Shown here: positions 9,454 to 17,147 of the stretch, one piece after another | How the letters are laid out: each line of letters begins with the position of its first letter | How positions within the stretch are numbered: position 1 is the first letter of the stretch | Assembly (NCBI GenBank): GCA_964342815.1 | Contig: CAYFHS010000002.1 | Coordinates: 120,790-184,789, forward strand | Length of the DNA: 64,000 bases | Source: an uncultured archaeon | GTDB lineage: Archaea; Thermoplasmatota; Penumbrarchaeia; JASLWR01 | Direction: 5' to 3' | Translations under genes and position numbers: made by a program | The notes under the pieces: model-generated | What the model was told of the DNA's origin: nothing | The model's database searches: none | What the model saw: only the letters and a program-made list of their open reading frames with translations

Positions 9454-12123
9454 TCATTTCTTCCTCATCTCCGCCTCGCAAAGCTTTCTCAGTGTTTTCG
9501 CGGCGGCGTAATCGGGATTGATGGAGAGAACACGTTTCGTGCAGCGCAGCGCCTTCCTGTACATGTTCAATTTCTTGTATGCAACTCCCTTGTTATGAAT
9601 GATCCTCTCGTCGTTGGGAGTGAGTTTCAGCGCCCTGTTAAACAGTTTAATGGCTCCCTTTGCATTTCCCTCTTTAAACAATTTGTTGCCGTCCTGCTTG
9701 AACTTTTTCGCTTCCGATTTCTTCTTTTCTTCCTGGGCTGTCTCCAGCTCGACAAGATCGTCGTCCAGGCGGAAGAGAATACTCTCGATCTCCGCTTTTT
9801 TACCCAGCTGTATCAGCTTTTCCGCGCGTTTCAGATCCTCGCGCATAAGCTCCTCGCTCTCGATATCCTCATCAATGGAATCGATCCGACTTTCCAGTTT
9901 TTTCACTCTCAGAACGAAGACATGCATCTCCTTTGCCTGTTTCGCCAGTTTCTTGGACTGTTTTGAGTGATCCATTGCAGTCTGGTAGAACCGGTTCTCA
10001 AGAGCGGGTTTGGCAAGCGACAGAACGTTCTTTGCCTCCGAAACGTCTATTCCCTCTTTATTCAACTTGTCAATAAATTCCCGCACGGATTTCAGCTCGT
10101 CAATAAGCTCCTCGTACATTTTCGAGTTCTCGGCCGCTTCCCATGCTTCCTCGCTCAGCTCATACGCCATCTCGAAATCCTTATCCTTGAAACTATCCTG
10201 CGAGCTAGCAAAGAGTTTCTGGGATTTTTCCACTTCCCCTCCAAGGGCTAGCACCTCGTTTATCTTCTCCTGGGTTTTAATCAGCTGGTCTTTGGCCTTT
10301 TCCTCGAACAAAGGCTGTCTTATCTTCATAAGCAGCTCGTTGGCCTCCTCGTATTCCTTTGCCAAAATAAGTTCGTCCACCTCTATGAGATCCTCTCTGG
10401 CCACCTCAATGTTCACACCGGTTTTCTCGTAACTTTTCTCAACGAGTTTTTTGGTATCATCCTGGAGAAAGACCAGCTTCAGCATCATAAAATTCTTTAT
10501 AGCATTCTTACCGTATTCGCTTGAACGATCGAATTCGCTCTCATTGAAATACAGTTTTGCTTTCTTCAATAGAGAGATCCCTTCCGATACGTCAATCCCC
10601 TGATACCTGCAGTCTTCGAACAATCCCTCGGCCTCCTCTATGGCAAGGAGGGCCTTGTTCTGATCTTGAACCGACCTGCTCTTTTCCACAAAGTCCTGTA
10701 TCTCTTCGGCGATCACCGGAACGTTCTCATAATTTCCCCTTCCCAGCTCCAACTTCATGGTCCTCAGCGATTGTTCCATTCCACTGGTATCCACTCCGTG
10801 GGTCTTGGCCTCGTCAACCTTGAATTTCGTTATCTGATAGAACAATAGTCCCCGATTGTATTCCATCTCTTGTGCGGACAGCTCGTTCTTTACCTGGAAT
10901 ACCAGATCATCGGCCTTGTCCACAGCTCCCTTATTGATTCCCTGCTCTATTTCCGACATGGTCTTTTGAAATGATGCGACATCCATATCCAATCCTTCAC
11001 ACAGTACGATCCTGGCCTTCAATGAACGAAATTCATCCTTGAGCTTTTTCAAGGCATTAAGAGAGGTCTGAATGATATCCTGGCTGCTTCTTGCGTGCTC
11101 GATCGCCTCATCATAATCTCCATTGGTTACACATTTCCTGCCCTTGCTCAACTGCTCATCCGCCTCATGGTCCCGTATACCTTCCTTTAAAGCGGCCTTG
11201 ATGGACTGCCAGCTGTCCCGAATAGCGTCGAGAGCATCCTGATATACCACCTTTCTTATGGATAGTTTATCCAGGGCTACTGCCGCAATATCTAAAACTT
11301 CCTTATAACTACCCCTGTGCAGGAGTTCAGGAACCGTTTTCAGGTCTTCATCCACATCCTTCACATTTGCACCCTGAGAACGAAGAGAGACCATGTTCTG
11401 CTGGATCCTCTTTACGAGACGTTGGGTTCGATCGTATTCATTTTTCGTATCCGACAGATAAGCCAGGCATTTCCCCGTGATCTTCAGTGCTCCAGCCGGG
11501 TTGCCCGAATCCATATTGGAGGTGATCTCTTCGAGGTAAGGTTTGATATCACTGATGATGATCCCTTTCTTTTCGAATTCCGTGACCTTCTGGATGATCT
11601 CATTGCTCTTCTGGATCGCCTTCGATTTTGTTTCGTCTGTGCCCGAATCAACATATTTCTTAAATGGAGCTTTGGCCTTCCCGGAGGATTTTTTCATTCT
11701 CTTTTCGGGCTTATCGATCTTTTCTTCAACCACTTCAAAGAGCTCTTCCGAACTAATCTCATGTATCTCTTCCACCGCTCCAAGTGTGTTATCCGCAGGT
11801 ATGGACTCTTCTTTGGGTAGCTGTATCTCCGTGGTGCCCTTTCTCAGCATCTCAAGGCAGTCGGATCTCATGTCCGAAGCTTCTTGATTGGATGGATTTT
11901 TTAAAAGCAAATTATCAAGAGAACCAATGGCTTCCACGAGGGATCTTCTTTTGATGAATACTCTGCATTTGTTCAGCAGAATAGCCTCGTTTCCCGAATC
12001 GATCTTCAGTGCTTCGTCGAAATATTCCAGGGCAAGCTTGTAGTTCTTGTTCGAAAACGCATTCAAACCCAGTTCATTGAATGTTCTTACCCGTATATCC
12101 ATTGGTCCACCGGTTCCTATCAT
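9454..12123 (-). CDS. Large coiled-coil/helical-repeat protein with N- and C-terminal TPR domains
   Basis: TPRs at both ends (FNELGLNAFSNKNYKLALEYFDEALKID; KQDGNKLFKEGNAKGAIKLFNRALKLTP) around repeated GxDVxxA..L..A helical units. Start at ATG 12123 (3 nt after the upstream stop) or 12102. Confidence 0.85.
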   Translation of the reverse strand: MIGTGGPMDIRVRTFNELGLNAFSNKNYKLALEYFDEALKIDSGNEAILLNKCRVFIKRRSLVEAIGSLDNLLLKNPSNQEASDMRSDCLEMLRKGTTEIQLPKEESIPADNTLGAVEEIHEISSEELFEVVEEKIDKPEKRMKKSSGKAKAPFKKYVDSGTDETKSKAIQKSNEIIQKVTEFEKKGIIISDIKPYLEEITSNMDSGNPAGALKITGKCLAYLSDTKNEYDRTQRLVKRIQQNMVSLRSQGANVKDVDEDLKTVPELLHRGSYKEVLDIAAVALDKLSIRKVVYQDALDAIRDSWQSIKAALKEGIRDHEADEQLSKGRKCVTNGDYDEAIEHARSSQDIIQTSLNALKKLKDEFRSLKARIVLCEGLDMDVASFQKTMSEIEQGINKGAVDKADDLVFQVKNELSAQEMEYNRGLLFYQITKFKVDEAKTHGVDTSGMEQSLRTMKLELGRGNYENVPVIAEEIQDFVEKSRSVQDQNKALLAIEEAEGLFEDCRYQGIDVSEGISLLKKAKLYFNESEFDRSSEYGKNAIKNFMMLKLVFLQDDTKKLVEKSYEKTGVNIEVAREDLIEVDELILAKEYEEANELLMKIRQPLFEEKAKDQLIKTQEKINEVLALGGEVEKSQKLFASSQDSFKDKDFEMAYELSEEAWEAAENSKMYEELIDELKSVREFIDKLNKEGIDVSEAKNVLSLAKPALENRFYQTAMDHSKQSKKLAKQAKEMHVFVLRVKKLESRIDSIDEDIESEELMREDLKRAEKLIQLGKKAEIESILFRLDDDLVELETAQEEKKKSEAKKFKQDGNKLFKEGNAKGAIKLFNRALKLTPNDERIIHNKGVAYKKLNMYRKALRCTKRVLSINPDYAAAKTLRKLCEAEMRKK

Positions 12124-12125
12124 AT

Positions 12126-13112
12126 TCACTCTACATGGTCTATGCACATCATTGCTGTGGAATCGAAACAATCCTTGCAGACCCAGTTGTGGCAAGCTGG
12201 ACAGTAATTCATCTTGGCAAGGATCCCTTCGTCACGAAGGCGGGTGACTATTTCGTCTTTCTCTTCCGTGGTAAGGAAAAGATTCTCTTTCGGAATATCA
12301 TCGAGGGGTTTCCCGTTAAGATCTTCCAATAGTTTTTTTATACCTTTCCCGCTCATCTCGGCGCTGAAGGTCGCGATACCAAGTCCGGTCATGGCCGCGC
12401 CGATTGCGAGATGAACCCACCTTGTCCAGCGCCTGTCCTTCACGGTACCGATATACTCACCATTCCGGGAACAGCTATATTCCATTTCCACCACAGCCCT
12501 GCCCCTGGTAATGTTTGAAGGATAGGGCAGGTCCTTCATCAGCTCGCCAAAATGACGCTCGAGGTCCTTAGCCATTTCCTTCGTCAATCCCTTTATCTCC
12601 AAGAGGTTCTTTCCTATTTTCATTTGACCGCGTTTCAGCTCTGAAGTTCTTTTTTGATTTTGCTCATCCAACCACTGTATCTTCTCATCCAGTCCCTCGT
12701 TTACCTTGATATCCGCTCCTATATTGGATCTTTGAATCACACTGTCGCTTATAGCGATTTTCGAAGCACCTTCCTGAATATAATCACCGTGAAAATGCTG
12801 TTCAATGACAATAGGCGCTGCCTCGGGTGGCTTGCTCTCCTTTACTTTATCAAGGGGAATCTCCAGTTCCGTTAAATCAATATCAGCATCCGGGCGCCAG
12901 ATGAATTTGTTCGAACAGTCCTGGCACCATCCGTACCCAACAGGCATGAATGATAGAGAATGGGTCTTGCATCTCCTGCATACCGGCGGCTTGGGAACCC
13001 CGGGTTTATTCCATATGAACGACCTAGAACATACGTTGCATAAACCGGTCCCGTCATCATTGAAACGCAGAGCAACGTTCTTACATTTAGTACAGATGGG
13101 AGGAGAAGCCAT
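12126..13112 (-). CDS. Hypothetical multi-zinc-finger protein
   Basis: Two CxxC...CxxC..F.W units at the N-terminus, a GDY...DSVIQRSNIG linker, a coiled coil, and C-terminal CPACHNWVCKDC...CIDH. Confidence 0.8.
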   Translation of the reverse strand: MASPPICTKCKNVALRFNDDGTGLCNVCSRSFIWNKPGVPKPPVCRRCKTHSLSFMPVGYGWCQDCSNKFIWRPDADIDLTELEIPLDKVKESKPPEAAPIVIEQHFHGDYIQEGASKIAISDSVIQRSNIGADIKVNEGLDEKIQWLDEQNQKRTSELKRGQMKIGKNLLEIKGLTKEMAKDLERHFGELMKDLPYPSNITRGRAVVEMEYSCSRNGEYIGTVKDRRWTRWVHLAIGAAMTGLGIATFSAEMSGKGIKKLLEDLNGKPLDDIPKENLFLTTEEKDEIVTRLRDEGILAKMNYCPACHNWVCKDCFDSTAMMCIDHVE

Positions 13113-13455
13113 TACGCCACCATAGGCAACTATTCGGATATATATAATACAAGAGTATGCCCTAGCTAATCATAACCATCTGATTTAAATATTTTCGAAA
13201 ATGGTTTGTCCGCAGGAAACCTTCAAGATAGTTTCTTACAAGTCAGTTTTTGAATATATTAGGTACCAAAATGTAGAAATTATATAAGCAAATTGATTGA
13301 AATATAGAAAAATGTCCAGTGTGCAAAACGGAATCGGCCCAAAGTAATGACAGTGGTATGAAAAAAAAAGCTCAGATAGCCTTATTAAAATTGCATAAAA
13401 TACTCTATCTTAACATAGAAAAAACAGGAAAAGAAGAAAAAATGAAAAAGGGTTT

Positions 13456-13677
13456 TTAAGCCTTTTTCATTATTTTCATCCATCCGCCGCTCTCGAAAAC
13501 GGCGAGTCCTCTTTCGCTAAGAGTTTTCTCAAACTCGTTCCAATCAATTGCTTCTATTCTCGTGTTTGAACCCTTCGTGAATTGAATGCCATTGGTCCCA
13601 ACAACTCTCCCGGGTTTGAGACCTTTGCCTTCTGCAATTTTTCTAGCTGCGCCAACAGTGATTTCTTCCATTACCAT
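13456..13677 (-). CDS. Small conserved hypothetical protein (73 aa)
   Basis: Clean ORF. IAEGKGLKPGRVVGT...IDWNEFEKTLSERGLAV resembles, from memory, the bacterial/haloarchaeal WAEERGGKPARV...ISWDEFFEKF family of unknown function. Confidence 0.7.
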   Translation of the reverse strand: MVMEEITVGAARKIAEGKGLKPGRVVGTNGIQFTKGSNTRIEAIDWNEFEKTLSERGLAVFESGGWMKIMKKA

Positions 13678-13819
13678 AGAGCATACACTCCTCTTATTAT
13701 TTTATTGGTATTCCAGATACCCATGACTACATATCAATATATAATATATAATATTTTTGCAGAAATAGATTGCATCCCAAAAAGGATACTGGCCAAGGAC
13801 TTGATCAGGAATGAGTTAT

Positions 13820-14164
13820 TTATCTTTCTATCAGCTGTTTTTCTGCCCTTTCGGGCATCAAATATTTGCACAGAATGTCAAATGCTAATTCCGTATCGCT
13901 CTCCTCGCTGCATGAAAAGATGTCAACCGCCGCGAATCCATGTTCCGGCCACGTATGAATGCTGAAATGAGAATCCGAAACTAGGATAACTCCGGTGACT
14001 CCGAAGGGTTCGTACTGGTGGAAAACCTCTCCCACATAATTGAATTTCGCTTCCTTGACCGTTCTGTACATGATATCTCTTACCGGTTCGACCTCTTTTA
14101 ATAAATGGAACGGACAGTTGTACAGGCTTCCAAGAAGATGTTTTCCAACACTAAACTTCGACAT
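13820..14164 (-). CDS. speD: S-adenosylmethionine decarboxylase proenzyme (class 1B, pyruvoyl-dependent), variant cleavage motif
   Basis: GKHLL...FHQYEPFGVTGVILVSDSHFSIHTWPEHGFAAVDIFSC; DSH occupies the usual ESH position. Confidence 0.88.
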   Translation of the reverse strand: MSKFSVGKHLLGSLYNCPFHLLKEVEPVRDIMYRTVKEAKFNYVGEVFHQYEPFGVTGVILVSDSHFSIHTWPEHGFAAVDIFSCSEESDTELAFDILCKYLMPERAEKQLIER

Positions 14165-14173
14165 TTATATACC

Positions 14174-15388
14174 TTAATTGATTTTCTTTACCAGTTTCCA
14201 AAGCTCCCGGAACTCGGCCTGGCAGTTTCTCAGGACCAGCTGTTGTTTGCCGTGTTTGAACCAGGGTTGGATAGATGAGGGTCTGCGTTTCAAAACCATG
14301 AGAAAATCGCTTTCCCTTATCGGTCTCGATTTGCCGCCTATAATAGCCTCTTTCAAGGGAATATCCGCTGCCTCTTCAACGATCTGTTCGAGGTCGGCGC
14401 ATGAGTAGCCGGCGGTTTTCTTGGCGATCATCTTCAAGTTCACCATATGTGAAATGGGTTTTTTCCCGGCAAGTAATTTAAGAATCTCAAGTCTTGCCTT
14501 GAGATCCGGAGGCGGTATAAAAAGAAGTTTCGAAAATCTTCCAGGCCGTTTCAACGCGGAATCCACATGCCATGGTTCATTGGTTGCAGCCAGGATAAGA
14601 ACCTTCTCCTTGGGCCCTTCGAACCCATCCAGTTCCGTCAACAGGGCATTGACCAGGCGGTTCGTATGGTCCTGAGACATCTCCCCCCTTTTGGAGCCTA
14701 TGGAATCTATCTCGTCGAAGAACAGTATTGCAGGTTTGTTCTTTGAAGCTATCTGGAACGCCTCGCTGATGTTCTTCTCACTTTGACCTACCCATTTACT
14801 GAGAACGTCACTGACCTTGAGATTAATGAAGGAGGCATTGGCCTCTCCGGCAGTGGCCCTTGCTATGAAGGTCTTCCCACAGCCGGGCGGTCCGTACAGA
14901 AGTATTCCCTCGCCTATTCGTTTCCCATAAAGTGAGTACAGCTTCGGGTGTTCGAAAGGATAGATGATGGCCTTTCTGATTTCTTCCTTGACCCTTCCGA
15001 GACCCCCGACGTTTGAAAAATCGATATCGGGTTTATCCACCGGTATGAAACTGCCGCCTTTACCGATAGGAGCTGTTCCGGAGGCGATCTTTCTCTGTTT
15101 CTGCTCCTCTTCCAACGCAATGGCTTTATCATAGAGAATGGATGCCACCGTGTTCATCAGCTTGTCCTGCTGCGAGGTGGTATAATGAATGGTCAGCAGT
15201 ACAAGAAAAGCTCCTGCTGATATGATTACGATTAGTAGGGCAATAAGTTTGAAGTCAGAAGTCTCGAAATAATAAAGCAGAAGAAAGGTGAGGAAAAAGG
15301 TAAGGCTGAGGATCGTTACTAGCTTCCCGGTACTTTTCTGGATTTTGCGGCCTCCCCGATCTTTTTCATGTAATGGATGCAGGTACAA
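14174..15388 (-). CDS. Single-module AAA+ ATPase (Cdc48/Vps4/FtsH-like clade) with two N-terminal TM helices
   Basis: Walker A GPPGCGKT, Walker B LFFDEID, ATNEPW, second region of homology RPGRF. Two hydrophobic N-terminal segments; no protease domain. Confidence 0.9.
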   Translation of the reverse strand: MYLHPLHEKDRGGRKIQKSTGKLVTILSLTFFLTFLLLYYFETSDFKLIALLIVIISAGAFLVLLTIHYTTSQQDKLMNTVASILYDKAIALEEEQKQRKIASGTAPIGKGGSFIPVDKPDIDFSNVGGLGRVKEEIRKAIIYPFEHPKLYSLYGKRIGEGILLYGPPGCGKTFIARATAGEANASFINLKVSDVLSKWVGQSEKNISEAFQIASKNKPAILFFDEIDSIGSKRGEMSQDHTNRLVNALLTELDGFEGPKEKVLILAATNEPWHVDSALKRPGRFSKLLFIPPPDLKARLEILKLLAGKKPISHMVNLKMIAKKTAGYSCADLEQIVEEAADIPLKEAIIGGKSRPIRESDFLMVLKRRPSSIQPWFKHGKQQLVLRNCQAEFRELWKLVKKIN

Positions 15389-15445
15389 TATCCTATCCCG
15401 GTATATTTAGGTTATTGGGGATTTATAGGAATTGGTAATAAAAAA

Positions 15446-16711
15446 TCAGTCATCCTTGTAAACCTTTATGGCACAGAATTCACCGCACATGGAACAGTAA
15501 TCGTTTTCTTTTGGATTGATCTTGCATTCTTCCAGCCTCAACTCCGTAAAGCGCTTTGGGTCAATGGTAAATTCCGTCATATCGTCCCATTTGATATTGC
15601 GTCTTGCAACACTGATTCCACGGTCCTTTTCCATGGCCGAGACGTTTCCCCGGGCAATATCCGCCACATGAGCAGCTATTCTCGAAGCTATGATCCCTTC
15701 TCTTACATCTTCTATATTGGGAAGACCAACATGTTCCTTTGGGGTAACATAACACAGAAAGTCCGCTCCATGATAGCAGGCCAAGGCCCCACCGATTGCG
15801 CATACGATGTGATCGTACCCGGGAGCAATGTCTGTTGGCAGGGGTCCAAGGACGTAGAATGGTGCATTATTGCAGTATTTTTTTGCCAATCTCACATTCT
15901 TCTCTATCTGATTCAAGGGAATGTGACCGGGTCCTTCGATCATTACCTGGACTCCTGCATCGAGACACCTTTTTGAGAGTTTGCCCAGTACCTCAAGCTC
16001 GTGCAGCTGAGCTTTGTCAGTGGCATCGTGGATACAACCCGGCCTCAGGCCGTCTCCAAGGCTCATCGTAACGTCATATTCTCTTGCTATCTTCAGTATT
16101 TCACCGAAATGAGTGTAGAGAGGATTTTCTTCATTATTTTGTTTCATCCATCTTACAAGGAAGGAACCACCCCTGCTGACCACCCCCATCAGTCTGTCGT
16201 TTAGAAGTGGAATTGCACTCATTGTAACGCCGGCGTGCACTGTGGCGAAATCGATTCCATCCCGGGCCTGCCGCTCAAATACATCAAGATAGTTCTCTAT
16301 GGTCAGATCCACTGGATTTCCCAACTCCACCACTGCTTCATATATGGGAACGGTGCCGACCGGCATATTCGAACGAGCAAGAACAGCTCGTCTTATAGAA
16401 CGAAGATCGCCTCCGGTGCTGAGATCCATTATGGTATCCGCACCGGCTTCTCTGGACACATCTACCTTTTTAAGTTCATTTTCCAGGTCCGATGACAAAC
16501 TGGATGTACCTATATTCGCATTTATCTTGACCTTTAAATCCTTTCCGATACCTATGGGATTGATGTTTTTGTGATTTTTATTTACAGGTATTACCACTAG
16601 ACCTCGAGATACAAGATCCAGGATATGTTTGGGAGTAATTCCTTCGATAGATGCTACTTTTTCCATTTCCTTTGTGATCTCGTGGTTTCGGGCACTTTGA
16701 AGTTGGGTCAT
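15446..16711 (-). CDS. thiC: Phosphomethylpyrimidine synthase ThiC (a BzaF-type paralog cannot be excluded)
   Basis: KINANIGTS, ADTIMDLSTGG, GTVPIYE, SRGGS, LSLGDGLRPG, EGPGHIP, CYVTPKEH, C-terminal CSMCGEFC Fe-S motif. Confidence 0.9.
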   Translation of the reverse strand: MTQLQSARNHEITKEMEKVASIEGITPKHILDLVSRGLVVIPVNKNHKNINPIGIGKDLKVKINANIGTSSLSSDLENELKKVDVSREAGADTIMDLSTGGDLRSIRRAVLARSNMPVGTVPIYEAVVELGNPVDLTIENYLDVFERQARDGIDFATVHAGVTMSAIPLLNDRLMGVVSRGGSFLVRWMKQNNEENPLYTHFGEILKIAREYDVTMSLGDGLRPGCIHDATDKAQLHELEVLGKLSKRCLDAGVQVMIEGPGHIPLNQIEKNVRLAKKYCNNAPFYVLGPLPTDIAPGYDHIVCAIGGALACYHGADFLCYVTPKEHVGLPNIEDVREGIIASRIAAHVADIARGNVSAMEKDRGISVARRNIKWDDMTEFTIDPKRFTELRLEECKINPKENDYCSMCGEFCAIKVYKDD

Positions 16712-17147
16712 ATATCTCACATTTCAACTATATCTAGGTCTTTATTCAAAATGAACAAAAGGAAGAAGGACAATCAATATTTTAATATAAAAAACCATTT
16801 TGTCTTTTTGGGCTGGAGATGGAAAGAATACCACCCGACGAAGGTTTGATGAAAGGGATGTTAACAATCTTGATCCTTGAAGGAGGGGGGCTACCCCTAT
16901 GTTTCCTATGGAAATAGAATATAAAAATGACTCTTCGGGGAAAAGAATGTTTTAGACCTTTATTATTTATTTGTTTTAGAATAGACTCTCCCATATCTAT
17001 ATACTATTAATATATTATATATTTAATTGTTATATTATCTTCTAATAATAATAGGAAAAATGAAAAAAACAGTTTAATAAATACTAAAAAGTAATATGTT
17101 CCACATGAAACAAACGGGCCCCCCTCCTTGCCAATCTCTTATCAATT

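Noticed and set aside
13290-13460. CPVC-containing reading frame in the AT-rich intergenic region
   Set aside because: No start codon after the upstream stop, only one CxxC, and low complexity.
16819-16917. 32-aa ORF (MERIPPDEGLMKG...) behind GGAG
   Set aside because: Too short, no motif, and it lies in a promoter region; not supportable without conservation data.
16721-17147. TPP riboswitch upstream of thiC
   Set aside because: No CTGAGA/CCTGA aptamer core on the coding strand.
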